Virus record (IMG/VR): IMGVR_UViG_3300020472_002474 | Origin: an uncultured virus (IMG/VR IMGVR_UViG_3300020472_002474) | Lineage: Duplodnaviria > Heunggongvirae > Uroviricota > Caudoviricetes | Length of the DNA: 64,000 nucleotides | Direction: 5' to 3' (one strand) | Shown: piece after piece, positions 1 through 9,898 of the stretch | How the letters are laid out: each line of letters opens with the position of its first letter | Position numbering within the stretch: the first letter of the stretch is position 1 | The notes under the pieces: model-generated | Databases searched by the model: none | Told to the model about the DNA's origin: nothing | Seen by the model: only the letters and a program-made list of their open reading frames with translations | Program-made: the position numbers and the translations under genes

Positions 1-389
1 GCATTTATGGTCAAATCTCGTCTTTTTACATCACCCTCGATGTCGGTATAATCAACTGAACTTGGGCGTCTCCCTTTACCAATATCCTTTCTGAATGTTG
101 CTATTTCGTGTCCACCAACTATCACGACACCGAATTGTTTTCCAACCTCTACGGTTTTCAATCCACCTTTTTTTGCTATTGCCAATACCTCGTCAGGTTT
201 AGCATCGGTGGCTAAATCAAAATCTTTTGGGTTCTTTCCTAATATGGCATCCCTAACGGCTCCACCCACAACAAAAAGTTTTTTTCTATTTTTCTTGAAA
301 AGCTTGTGTATCTTCCTAATATCGGAAGGGATGTTGAGCCTAAATTTAGAATACTCATTAAGTGGTAATAATGTTCTAAGTTTAATCAT
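1..389 (-). CDS. cca: CCA-adding enzyme / poly(A) polymerase (class II nucleotidyltransferase), 5' part; runs off window
   Basis: Not in ORF track. Manual translation from ATG 389: MIKLRTLLPLNEYSKF...FVVGGAVRDAILGKNPKDFDLATDA...HEIATFRKD...DVKRRDLTINA (GGxVRD, DxD and RRDxTINA signatures). CCA versus PAP activity cannot be resolved from this fragment. Confidence 0.88.
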   Translation of the reverse strand, partial: MIKLRTLLPLNEYSKFRLNIPSDIRKIHKLFKKNRKKLFVVGGAVRDAILGKNPKDFDLATDAKPDEVLAIAKKGGLKTVEVGKQFGVVIVGGHEIATFRKDIGKGRRPSSVDYTDIEGDVKRRDLTIN

Positions 390-1320
390 CTGAAATGGTT
401 ATTTCACCTTCTCGTTGTGTATACCATTTTCTAAATTGTGCTGGTGTTCCAATTGTTACTTTATTTTCAGGTACAAACTTAAATAATTCTTTTTTATGAG
501 AGTCCACATCTTTATCCATAGATGATATTCGTGTATCGTTTTGGAAATAATAATCATCCCAAACCCTTTTCAATACAAAACAATCCTTAACTTTAACATT
601 GTAGATTAATATTTCGTTCCACCAAGGTGATGTCTTTTTTGATGGTTGTGTAATACTTTTCTTAATCATCTCTTTATGTTTTTTCAATAACTTATTCGTG
701 ACGTCTATGTATTTTTTGATTTGTTTTGCTACAATAGGGCCTAATTCTTTTTTGACTAATTCTATTTGTTCAGTATATCGTAAATCTTGATTCTTAGGAT
801 CATTTTCAACTTTTCTCACTATTTTTCTTTCTATTTCTGACCACTCCTCATAATTTGGCATCTTAGCCTTTTTCAGGGCACTTTTTAAAATCATATGGTG
901 ACCATCAAATATATGATGTTGTTGAACCCACCTACGACCAGTTCTATCTGGTACACTATCGAAATCCATATACTTTCTTGCTAATAACAAACCCTCAACA
1001 TGAAATATCACACCACCACTATCGGTTTGAACACCACGACCTTTTGCCAATCCTGATGATTTGTTTGCCTTTGTGAATGTTGAGATTGATTTTTTCTTAC
1101 CCAATATATCTCGCATGGTTTTTAAATAATTAGGACCTGTAACATGAAAGGCATTTATAGGTATCTTACCAATTACTTGTTCCATCGTCTTTGGATAAAG
1201 TGGAACATAGTTGTGTGTAAGTGTCCAAGTTAGTGCATCTCGTGTATGTGCAGGATACCACTTGTCGTTTAAGCTCGGGCCATACATTCTCTCGTTCAAT
1301 AAATCTTTTAATTTAATCAT
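382..1320 (-). CDS. Hypothetical basic protein with MIKLKDLLNE leader
   Basis: 312-aa ORF coupled to both neighbours; no recognisable family. Confidence 0.75.
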   Translation of the reverse strand: MIKLKDLLNERMYGPSLNDKWYPAHTRDALTWTLTHNYVPLYPKTMEQVIGKIPINAFHVTGPNYLKTMRDILGKKKSISTFTKANKSSGLAKGRGVQTDSGGVIFHVEGLLLARKYMDFDSVPDRTGRRWVQQHHIFDGHHMILKSALKKAKMPNYEEWSEIERKIVRKVENDPKNQDLRYTEQIELVKKELGPIVAKQIKKYIDVTNKLLKKHKEMIKKSITQPSKKTSPWWNEILIYNVKVKDCFVLKRVWDDYYFQNDTRISSMDKDVDSHKKELFKFVPENKVTIGTPAQFRKWYTQREGEITISDD

Positions 1321-1456
1321 CTTTCAATTCCTTACTGGCGTAATCACTCAACACATCTGGTAGAAAAGCGTGAATAAAAAGTGCTCCACTAATTTTCATC
1401 GCTCTCCACCAATGTTTGATGTAACTTACATTTTGTTCTTTCAAGTGTTTGTTCAC
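1313..1456 (-). CDS. Small protein, DUF6356-like (47 aa)
   Basis: Below ORF-track cutoff; GTG start overlapping the upstream TGA. MNKHLKEQNVSYIKHWWRAMKISGALFIHAFLPDVLSDYASKELKDD has the HL..(S)Y..H...A....LxIHAFxP...AS pattern and fills the gap exactly. Confidence 0.65.
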   Translation of the reverse strand: MNKHLKEQNVSYIKHWWRAMKISGALFIHAFLPDVLSDYASKELKDD

Positions 1457-1704
1457 TTTCCGTTACTTTTACCCTTTAGGTAATTTAAATCATCAGTAAT
1501 TCTATTAATTTGTTCTAACAATTGTTCGTGTCGTCTGTCGCGTACCTCATCGCTACGATTCCACCTATCTATAAGTTTTACACAAATGCTCTCAACCTCT
1601 GATAATTTAGCGGTTAAAGAGGTTTGTAAAAACTTTATCATTCCAATAAACAAAGTTATTATTACACCGATTGCTCCGTATTCTGCATATGCTTCTAAGT
1701 TCAT
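1453..1704 (-). CDS. Single-TM + coiled-coil membrane protein, BhlA/UviB holin-like
   Basis: N-terminal hydrophobic helix YGAIGVIITLFIGMIKFL followed by a charged heptad-rich tail; AGGAG RBS upstream. Confidence 0.55.
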   Translation of the reverse strand: MNLEAYAEYGAIGVIITLFIGMIKFLQTSLTAKLSEVESICVKLIDRWNRSDEVRDRRHEQLLEQINRITDDLNYLKGKSNGK

Positions 1705-2069
1705 TTCTCGTTCTCCTGTTCAAAGTCCGTTGAGTAGTCTTTATTGCCAAACTTATCCCAACTGGCCTTAGTATCATAAAAATCCTCGTACTTGAGGCCT
1801 GTGTTTATGACCTTTTTTATCACTTGAACTCTCTGTATTGTTTTGTCATCCCCTCTACCTTTTGATGCATCATATGGGTTATCTGCCTTTGGAAATTCAA
1901 GTTGTGTGTAACCACCTTTTTCGAACCAAGGCTCGGGCTTATTACTATCTACTCCCAACTTTCGTTTTTTTCTTGCATTTGTCCATCCTGTATCTGGTTC
2001 TCCTGAATCCGCTCCGTAAGAACCATTGTTGTGAGAATACTCATTGAGTATATCCACAAGTTTAATCAT
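1701..2069 (-). CDS. Hypothetical protein with MIKLVDILNE leader
   Basis: ORF-track start 2189 lies inside the ferredoxin gene; ATG at 2069 overlaps the ferredoxin stop and gives MIKLVDILNEYSHNNGSYGADSGEPDTGW... Confidence 0.7.
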   Translation of the reverse strand: MIKLVDILNEYSHNNGSYGADSGEPDTGWTNARKKRKLGVDSNKPEPWFEKGGYTQLEFPKADNPYDASKGRGDDKTIQRVQVIKKVINTGLKYEDFYDTKASWDKFGNKDYSTDFEQENEK

Positions 2070-2367
2070 TGAACTCTCTACCGAAAAATTCATAATTCTT
2101 TTTAATATAATGTTTCCATTCTTCAGGAACATCATCTTCTTCAAAAATTGCCTCAACTGGACATTCAGGTTCACAAGCCCCACAATCAATACATTCCTCT
2201 GGATCTATATAAAGTGAATCTGAATCTTTTGGTACAAATCCATCTACTTTTGCTTCTTCACCCCTACCCTCTTTATCATATGGGCCGTGAATACAATCAA
2301 CTGGACATACCTCAACACATGCTGTATCACAAGTTCCAACACATGGTTCTGCTATTATAAATGACAT
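2062..2367 (-). CDS. fdxA: Dicluster ferredoxin (FdxA-type, 7Fe/8Fe)
   Basis: EPCVGTCDTACVEVCPVDCIH and YIDPEECIDCGACEPECPVEAIF motifs; C-terminal W..YI..N..FF; AGGAG RBS. Confidence 0.92.
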   Translation of the reverse strand: MSFIIAEPCVGTCDTACVEVCPVDCIHGPYDKEGRGEEAKVDGFVPKDSDSLYIDPEECIDCGACEPECPVEAIFEEDDVPEEWKHYIKKNYEFFGREFND

Positions 2368-2368
2368 C

Positions 2369-3157
2369 TTAACTCCTTTTTAACATTTGCTTTAAATCTT
2401 TTTTTGGTACTAAATTTTGTTGTTTCATCCATTTTTTTGCTATTTTATTTTTAACTGGTTTTTTAATGAACTTATCAATTCCTTGACCAACTAACATCTT
2501 AAATTTCTTTTCTGCCTGTTCGGGTTTTAAGTGTTTATTGTTATCCACAATTAAAAAATTACTACCACCGAACAACCCTTGAAAGAATGCCATATTTTTC
2601 TGAACATCTTTCCAACTATCCTCTACCACATCTGCTGGTAATACTCGTGGTCTTGTTTCGTTTCTTTGTTGTGCAACTTCCAATGAGGTTGTTACGAAAA
2701 CCATATAAGTATCATAACCTAAATCTATTAATTTTTTTCTTTTTCTTTGCACAGATTTAAATTTATGACCAGTTCCATCAATGATAACACCCAAACGACC
2801 TTCCAAGTATTGTGCCATTCTCTGTTTATTTAGTGATTTAGCATAACCTCGTAAACCACTATATCCTGCATAATCTGGATCTGTAAGTTGTTTAAATAAT
2901 TCGTCAGGAAACTTTTGAATGTTAAGGTAATCTACGGATGAATCTTGTCCATAAAATTTCTTTAAAAGCATTTCTAACTCTTGGTCTTGATTAACCATTT
3001 TTAATCCATACTTAGAAACATTTATTTTTTCAGGAATACCGAATAAACCTTTTGCAACATAGGATTTACCACTACCAGGACCCCCAGCTAAGAATATACC
3101 TTTAAAGATACCTGGATCTCGAACTCCTTCGTTTAGTAAATCTACTAATTTTATCAT
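2369..3157 (-). CDS. P-loop kinase (zeta-toxin/AAA_33/Pnk-kinase-like) with MIKLVDLLNE leader
   Basis: Walker A IFLAGGPGSGKS, IIDGT, lid SLEVAQQRNETRPR; likely start ATG 3157 (GGAG RBS). Confidence 0.82.
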   Translation of the reverse strand: MIKLVDLLNEGVRDPGIFKGIFLAGGPGSGKSYVAKGLFGIPEKINVSKYGLKMVNQDQELEMLLKKFYGQDSSVDYLNIQKFPDELFKQLTDPDYAGYSGLRGYAKSLNKQRMAQYLEGRLGVIIDGTGHKFKSVQRKRKKLIDLGYDTYMVFVTTSLEVAQQRNETRPRVLPADVVEDSWKDVQKNMAFFQGLFGGSNFLIVDNNKHLKPEQAEKKFKMLVGQGIDKFIKKPVKNKIAKKWMKQQNLVPKKDLKQMLKRS

Positions 3158-3183
3158 AAGCAAACTCCGTTTAGATGTAATGA

Positions 3184-3198
3184 TTCACTAATAAATAT
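3184..3198 (-). promoter_or_regulatory. Putative phage promoter ATATTTATTAGTGAA
   Basis: 15-nt exact match to 50085-50099; both lie in rare intergenic gaps upstream of gene starts. Confidence 0.55.
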
Positions 3199-3220
3199 AA
3201 GGAAAGAGAAATAATAGAAG

Positions 3221-4129
3221 TTATTTGAAATTTAAAAATCTTAGATTATTATTTTTTATATGGTTTATCATATTCTGAATCTCCAAGGCAATCTTATATT
3301 GATAAAAAAACCTATTGTTAATTGTTTCATCATCAAATATGGGTGAACGGGATTTGATTGTTGAAAAATCAGGTCTCACTAATTTATAATTACTAAGAAA
3401 ATTGGTTTTATCATCATACTTTTCCCAAAGTAAATCTAAAGTTTTTGAAATATTTGAATTAGAAAGTTTATCCCCATGATGTCCTATAAAATTCTCTCTT
3501 ACATTTTCAAACAATCTATCCTTTTCCTGTAACCATTTTAAAAATTTTGGATTACTTAATTTTTCTAAACCTAAAAAATACACATTAGGAAGTAAAGATA
3601 GTTCCCATAATCTTATAGTTGCAGGTGAAATGTGTTGGTGAAAAATTGCATGACCATTAGACATCCAACTTACATCTCCCCATTTATTATGTAATCTACA
3701 TATCGCCTCTATTCCACACTTAAAAATACAATCGTGTTCATCTATTTCTTTGTTTAAATAATATCCATTTTTTAATCGTGTTGCAAAATCTTGTAATGGT
3801 GTGATTCCTTCCCAACTTACGGGTTCACCAATCCATAAATTTTCTATTCCGTGTAAATTAGTAACATTATCATGATAATATAGATTTTCTAATAATAAAA
3901 GTAATTCATAAATATATCCACTTTTCCACAATTTCATAATATCTCTAATCAAAACAACATATATTTTATTTTCATCATATGGTTCATTTTTTAAATATTT
4001 TATAAACTCGGAATTATCCTGCTGAAAATGATCAAGTGATGTGCTACCCATTTTTGCACTATGACCAATAACAACTTTATCCGTTCCTATTCCATTAAAT
4101 AAAACTGTATCTCTAAAATTATCTTCCAT
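3221..4129 (-). CDS. Sulfotransferase-family-2-like protein (divergent)
   Basis: HSAKMGSTSL resembles the 5'-PSB motif (PKxGSTS) and VLIRDIMKLWKSGY the 3'-PB motif (VRDPxxRxxSxY). Confidence 0.45.
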   Translation of the reverse strand: MEDNFRDTVLFNGIGTDKVVIGHSAKMGSTSLDHFQQDNSEFIKYLKNEPYDENKIYVVLIRDIMKLWKSGYIYELLLLLENLYYHDNVTNLHGIENLWIGEPVSWEGITPLQDFATRLKNGYYLNKEIDEHDCIFKCGIEAICRLHNKWGDVSWMSNGHAIFHQHISPATIRLWELSLLPNVYFLGLEKLSNPKFLKWLQEKDRLFENVRENFIGHHGDKLSNSNISKTLDLLWEKYDDKTNFLSNYKLVRPDFSTIKSRSPIFDDETINNRFFYQYKIALEIQNMINHIKNNNLRFLNFK

Positions 4130-6071
4130 TCATAACTCTTATCTCTTTAACTTTATATGATCCTTCTCTCCGTCCCCACCAAATTCGTGTAGCATAATCA
4201 AATCTATCCGTTACCTTTTCATCTATTGCCACCAAAGTATGTGTATTATTTTTTAAAACCTCATTCTTTTCAGCAACTTCATATACATTGTAATCAAAAG
4301 TAACTTTTTTTGGATATTCTGTGTTGAATTTAAACAATCTGAGTTTTTGATACTTGATTACATCATCCATTATCTCTACACCATCATCATCGTGTTTAAT
4401 ATATTCAGAAAAACTACTATGTAAAAAATCTTTGATTTCATCATAAAATTCTTTTCTATTATCCATAATGGTTAATGCCGTAGCCTCATCTGAATCCCAA
4501 GTAACATCTGAAACTTTTGGAACTACTCTACCCCAATAATCAAATCCCTCAACCGACCTTATCATTGCATCATAAGTTTCTTTGAATTCCTTTCCCAAGA
4601 TACTTTTCTTATTACGAATACTGTAACTCATCAATTTTTCATAAAATTCATAATAAGTAATTTGATAATGATTTCGTAAAAATCTCGATATAAATTGTGT
4701 ATGTCCAAGAAAATGTCCAAATGTAAATAACCACCGATACATATAAGACATTTTCCAATCTTCATAACTCATTGTATCAGTTCCCACCACAATGGTTTCT
4801 GTTTCAGGTGTTTGGTCTTTCATAAAACTATTATGATAAAATGGTCTTTTTGTTTCCACAAGTTGTATTCCGTATTCATCTATATATTCAGGATCACGAA
4901 ATGGTGTATTTGGTAGTGCGGTCAATACATATATTGCCATATAATTATGACTACCAAATTCCATTAAATCAGTTATTCCTTTTTTGAATGTATCCAATGT
5001 TTCTTTGGGTAATCCCATTACAAAATCAAGATATGTAGGAACATTTTTATCTTCATATAAATTTAGAGATTCTTGTAAATTCTTTTCGGTTATATTTGAC
5101 CTTTTTATTGCATCTAATGATTCCTTATTCAAGGTCTGAACTGCAACAGTAACTCCTTTGTTTAGTTCTCCACCCTTTAATACTTCCGCTATAGGTAACA
5201 CTTGTGTAGGTTTACCTTTTGCCCATACAAACATACCCTTTTTTGGATATCCGTATTTAGAATTAACACCGACTAAGTGTTGTGATAAATCTAAATCTCT
5301 TTTAAATAACAAACCAAAGTTTGGATTTGCATCATAAAAAAATTCAACTTTATTTTTACCCAACCAATCTAATTCTTCATATATTTTATCTAATTCTTGT
5401 GATTTAATTTTCTGAAAATACAAATCTCCTATTTCACAAAATGTACATCTATAAGGACATCCCCTAACACTCTCTACTACCGCTTCAAATTTGTGATTTG
5501 TATTACTACTTACGATATTATCAAAAGTTCCATCGAGATAAGGACTTGGCATAGAATTTATATCGGCAATTCGTTCTCGTGTTTCAGTTGTAAATGTTTT
5601 GTTATTTTCTAATTTAACCGAACAACCCTTTACTTTTGTAAAATCTTTATTTTTTTGTAAATTTTCTAGCAGAATATCCTTGAATGTTAATTCTCCCTCA
5701 CCATGAACAATTAAATCCACATATGGTTTTTCTTTAAAAAACTTATCCAACATTTCTTTATGATTACGAGGCACCATCTCTCCCCCAAAAACTATCAGAC
5801 AATTTGGATACTTTTCTTTTATTTTTTTCGCAACATGATTGGTAATTTGCCAATTCCAAACCCAACAAGAAAACCCTATTACATCAGGATTTTCAATCGA
5901 ATCGATAATTGTATTTGGATCTTGTCTATAATAAAACCAATCGGATAGTTCATAATTATCTGTTATATTTTTATCTTTGGTGCAATAAGACCAAACAACT
6001 CCAGTGCTATATGGTAGTCTAATCTGATTTGCATACACATCTGATATTTCAATTAGATAAAGTCTTTTCAT
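4119..6071 (-). CDS. B12-binding-domain radical SAM enzyme
   Basis: N-terminal PDVIGFSCWVWN...IVFGG...GEGE cobalamin domain; ESVRGCPYRCTFCEIG (CxxxCxxC). Likely start MKRLYLIE at 6071. Confidence 0.9.
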   Translation of the reverse strand: MKRLYLIEISDVYANQIRLPYSTGVVWSYCTKDKNITDNYELSDWFYYRQDPNTIIDSIENPDVIGFSCWVWNWQITNHVAKKIKEKYPNCLIVFGGEMVPRNHKEMLDKFFKEKPYVDLIVHGEGELTFKDILLENLQKNKDFTKVKGCSVKLENNKTFTTETRERIADINSMPSPYLDGTFDNIVSSNTNHKFEAVVESVRGCPYRCTFCEIGDLYFQKIKSQELDKIYEELDWLGKNKVEFFYDANPNFGLLFKRDLDLSQHLVGVNSKYGYPKKGMFVWAKGKPTQVLPIAEVLKGGELNKGVTVAVQTLNKESLDAIKRSNITEKNLQESLNLYEDKNVPTYLDFVMGLPKETLDTFKKGITDLMEFGSHNYMAIYVLTALPNTPFRDPEYIDEYGIQLVETKRPFYHNSFMKDQTPETETIVVGTDTMSYEDWKMSYMYRWLFTFGHFLGHTQFISRFLRNHYQITYYEFYEKLMSYSIRNKKSILGKEFKETYDAMIRSVEGFDYWGRVVPKVSDVTWDSDEATALTIMDNRKEFYDEIKDFLHSSFSEYIKHDDDGVEIMDDVIKYQKLRLFKFNTEYPKKVTFDYNVYEVAEKNEVLKNNTHTLVAIDEKVTDRFDYATRIWWGRREGSYKVKEIRVMNGR

Positions 6072-6075
6072 TTTA

Positions 6076-7404
6076 CTACATGACAATATTTAAAACATCT
6101 TCTATTCTCTGTTCAGATAAAGGAAATGCTTTCTCGTAATAAGTATTTTGATTGTGTATTAAAATGTCAGAAAGTTGCCAATATAAATTATGTAATTCAG
6201 ATATTTTCATACTACACAATCTTTTTAATTCAGACATAATCATATTGAATCTTTTTAAATTATCTGGTTCTTTATCATAACTCTCATCTATAAATGGATG
6301 AAATGTTTTAAATCCAAGTTCTTTCAATACTTCTAAAGTTCCTGAATTAGACATATATAAAAATGGATGAAAGTTAGTTAATGGTTTATATATTTTTTCG
6401 GACATAAACACGGAATACGGTTCATGATGATGATAAGAATCAAAAACACTACCAACTACAAAACTAAAGTATGTGTTGAGAAATGAATCACGATAAACAT
6501 TACTATCCCATTGATTGTTTTGATTAAATATACCATCTACATCTGCTATCCAAGGTAAATCTTTTCTAAAATTATCGACAGAATCTTTATTATAATCACT
6601 TTCTCTATGAAACATATCAATTCCCTCTTGGATAGAAAAAGAATTACCCTCAATACCTTCTATGTCTGATGGAAATGAAACCATACCTTTTTTATTTAGT
6701 TGATACTTAAACATTTCTAATCCTGCTGCACATCTATGTGGGTGTGCTGAACGATTATAGGATAGAAAATGTTTATCTCGAATTACATTTTTAGTTTGTA
6801 ATAAATCTTTTGGTAATATCAAATCTGTTTGACAATCTAAAAATCTCCAAAGTTGCCAGTAATGTGGTAAAACATTCATTTTACTATTTGGATAGTGTTT
6901 TTTAAACTCGGTTTCGAGAATGAAATTATTATCACTATAAATCACATTAGATTCGTCAATATTAAACTGATTAAGTTCTTTAATTAATAGATTATAGATA
7001 CCATCGTTTAAAATACTATCGTGATGGTCTCCTTCACATTGATTAATAAACATAATTTTTACCTTACCCAATTTAATATCGTTAAGTAATTTTTTATTAA
7101 TTCTATTTAAAAATCCTCTTTCTAAAAATCTACCAAGATGTTCTGCCTGAATGTTTAAAATATAATCATCGGTATAGGTTTTAAATCCACCCTTCCAATC
7201 ATTTTTATTATCTGCACTATCTTCTGAAAAAATTACTCCATCTGGATCTGCATTCATCCAAAATACAGGTTTTTTTCTTTTTTTAGAAATATCATCGAGT
7301 CCATATTGATAAGAGTAATCATCATATTTAATATATGGTCTACCGATTAACTTTACAATACTCCCATTTTCTGTTCGTATTTCTCTGTAATCTCTATTTT
7401 TCAT
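6076..7404 (-). CDS. Putative glycosyltransferase, GT10-like paralog 1
   Basis: FLSYNRSAHPHR; YFSFVV...FMSEKIYKPL..FHPF...GFKTFHPFIDESYD...R..HN. Confidence 0.6.
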   Translation of the reverse strand: MKNRDYREIRTENGSIVKLIGRPYIKYDDYSYQYGLDDISKKRKKPVFWMNADPDGVIFSEDSADNKNDWKGGFKTYTDDYILNIQAEHLGRFLERGFLNRINKKLLNDIKLGKVKIMFINQCEGDHHDSILNDGIYNLLIKELNQFNIDESNVIYSDNNFILETEFKKHYPNSKMNVLPHYWQLWRFLDCQTDLILPKDLLQTKNVIRDKHFLSYNRSAHPHRCAAGLEMFKYQLNKKGMVSFPSDIEGIEGNSFSIQEGIDMFHRESDYNKDSVDNFRKDLPWIADVDGIFNQNNQWDSNVYRDSFLNTYFSFVVGSVFDSYHHHEPYSVFMSEKIYKPLTNFHPFLYMSNSGTLEVLKELGFKTFHPFIDESYDKEPDNLKRFNMIMSELKRLCSMKISELHNLYWQLSDILIHNQNTYYEKAFPLSEQRIEDVLNIVM

Positions 7405-8645
7405 TTCATTATTTCATATGTTATATGTTTCATTTTATTTTCACAAAAAGGAACAACTTTATTATAATATACATTATGGTTGTGAATTAATACATCAGAC
7501 ATTGACCAATATAAATCATGTAATTCTGATAATTTCATATTACATAATTTATTAACTTCTTTCATAATCATTTCAAATCGTTTGACTCTATTTGGTTCTT
7601 TATCGTAACTCTCGTCTATAAAAGGGTGAAATGTTTTAAATCCCATTTCTTTTAATTTTTTTAAACTACCCATATTTCCCATATAAATTGTTGGATGAAA
7701 ACTCGTTAAGGCCTTATATATTTTTTCAGACATAAAAATTGTGTAAGGATTTTCTTCTTCATAATCTTCAAACATAGTTCCGACCACTAAACTAAAATAT
7801 GTATTAAAAAAAGATGATTCAATAACAACACTATCCCATACATTATCTTCTGTGAATATATTCTTAACATCAGCAATAAATGGTAAGTGGTTATGTAAAT
7901 CGTTTATTAATTCACTCTTGTAATTATCTTGGGTATAAAATTTATCAACTTCGTTCTGTATAGAAAACTTATTTCCTTGCACTCCTTCAAGTTCTGATGG
8001 AAATGATAATATACTTTTTTCATGTAACTTATTTTCAAATATATCTACTATGGTAGCACATCGGTGAGTGTGTGGAGAACGATTGTATGATAAAAAATGT
8101 TTATCTCTATTTACACTTTTTGTCTTTAAAAAATCATCAACCGATAATATTTTATTTTGTGAATAAAGGTATCTCCAACATTGCCAATAATGAGAAAATA
8201 CATTAATTTTAGAATTAGGATAGTGTTTTTTAAATTCACTTTCAATAATTAAATTGGAATCACTATAAAATATATTTTTTTCATCAATGTTTGCAGATAC
8301 TAATTGTTCACTTAAAAATTTATATAACCCAACATTAAGAACACTATCTTGTGCACCACCTTCTTCGGCATAAAAACACAACTTTACTTTATTGTTTTGT
8401 AAATCCTCTAGCACCCTTTCATTAAATTTGTGCATAAATATCATATTGTTTAATGTATTACTAAAATTATTAACTTTAATAATTAATACATATTCACCTT
8501 GATACTCATCAAATCCACCATCCCATTGAGATTGAGATCCTGCAGGAAATTCCTCAATTAATTTACCATCAAAATCTGAAATAATATAGTAAATTGGTTT
8601 TTTTCTTTTTATATTGTGGTCATTAAAACCATATTCCTTTTTCAT
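7401..8645 (-). CDS. Putative glycosyltransferase, GT10-like paralog 2 (close duplicate of paralog 1)
   Basis: FLSYNRSPHTHR; FMSEKIYKAL; GFKTFHPFIDESYD. Confidence 0.6.
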   Translation of the reverse strand: MKKEYGFNDHNIKRKKPIYYIISDFDGKLIEEFPAGSQSQWDGGFDEYQGEYVLIIKVNNFSNTLNNMIFMHKFNERVLEDLQNNKVKLCFYAEEGGAQDSVLNVGLYKFLSEQLVSANIDEKNIFYSDSNLIIESEFKKHYPNSKINVFSHYWQCWRYLYSQNKILSVDDFLKTKSVNRDKHFLSYNRSPHTHRCATIVDIFENKLHEKSILSFPSELEGVQGNKFSIQNEVDKFYTQDNYKSELINDLHNHLPFIADVKNIFTEDNVWDSVVIESSFFNTYFSLVVGTMFEDYEEENPYTIFMSEKIYKALTSFHPTIYMGNMGSLKKLKEMGFKTFHPFIDESYDKEPNRVKRFEMIMKEVNKLCNMKLSELHDLYWSMSDVLIHNHNVYYNKVVPFCENKMKHITYEIMK

Positions 8646-9898
8646 CGTGAAATAAAATAATTGTTAAATAATTCTGAGTTTGTAAGTTTTGAAAAAAGAA
8701 GTTCTTCATATGCCTCTCCAAGTTTTGCATATGCCCAATCAGGATCACCAAATTTTTTCATAATCTCTTGATTGTGTAATACTTTTGGAAATGCATTTTT
8801 TGCCATTTCATGAACTTGTTTTTTGGGAATATTACAAATTCTTTCGACTTCATTTACTACCATCAACATTCTTTTGTGGTCGTCTGGTTCATCATCATAT
8901 TCCTCATTAAAAAATCCATGAAAGGTTTCAAATCCAAGTGATTGTAAGTATTTTAAAGTGCTATGATTTCCTGCAATAATAGTAGGATGAAAACATAGTG
9001 CACGATAAGTTTTTTCTGTTATGAACATACATTCACCATTATAATCATTTCTCTCATCAACATCATCGGATAAAAAATTTGATTCCGTTACCAAACTAAA
9101 GTAACTATTTTTAAAATGATTAACATCAGAAGTTCTATGTGGATAAAATTCTCCATCTTTTAGTTTAAAATTATCCGTTGGTTCAGAGGAGTCAGGAGCT
9201 GCCTGTAAATCAAGTATCATCGGAATTGATTTAGTAAATTCTTTATTGATTAAATCAGATTTTTTATATCCGTCTATTTTTAAAAAATCAAGAATGCTGT
9301 CATAGTTTTGTGGTCTATCTCCGTGTCGATGGTCGTTGAGTAGTGCCATTTCATCTCCACCACAACAATCTTTAGGTGGTTTCGTCCAATCAACCTTACA
9401 ATCATTCGTATGAAGTCCATTTCCATTTGGTGTATTTAAACAAGATACTAAACCTTTTTTTATAATATCTCTTTTGAACAATTCCATTAAAATAAACTGC
9501 CTGTGTGGTCTTAGTTGACCATTATAGGAAAGATAATAATGTGGTCTGATATTATCAAACAATCTAAAAAGATCGTCTGGCTCCCAAGGAAACTCTCGTT
9601 GAGACTCACTTGGATTAGTTCTATATTTAAACTTATGTCTATCCAAATCCTCTTTACCATATGTCGGATACAACCAATCATGAGTTCTCAGTAAAATGGT
9701 ATCTATATTTTTGATTGGGCCACCAATCGTGTTTGACATATTAGATTGGTATATTACTAATTGATTTTCAACATCCCACCCAAGACCTTTAAAAAATTCT
9801 ATCAAATCAAAGCATTGTTTTGCAGTAAAAAATTCTTCGTGATTATTTACCACGAGTTTTAAACTTTGAACTTTTGTTGGTAATATATTAATTTTCAT
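8642..9898 (-). CDS. Putative glycosyltransferase, GT10-like paralog 3
   Basis: YLSYNGQLRPHR; SYFSLVTES; FITEKTYRAL; GFETF..FFNEEYD. Confidence 0.6.
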   Translation of the reverse strand: MKINILPTKVQSLKLVVNNHEEFFTAKQCFDLIEFFKGLGWDVENQLVIYQSNMSNTIGGPIKNIDTILLRTHDWLYPTYGKEDLDRHKFKYRTNPSESQREFPWEPDDLFRLFDNIRPHYYLSYNGQLRPHRQFILMELFKRDIIKKGLVSCLNTPNGNGLHTNDCKVDWTKPPKDCCGGDEMALLNDHRHGDRPQNYDSILDFLKIDGYKKSDLINKEFTKSIPMILDLQAAPDSSEPTDNFKLKDGEFYPHRTSDVNHFKNSYFSLVTESNFLSDDVDERNDYNGECMFITEKTYRALCFHPTIIAGNHSTLKYLQSLGFETFHGFFNEEYDDEPDDHKRMLMVVNEVERICNIPKKQVHEMAKNAFPKVLHNQEIMKKFGDPDWAYAKLGEAYEELLFSKLTNSELFNNYFISR

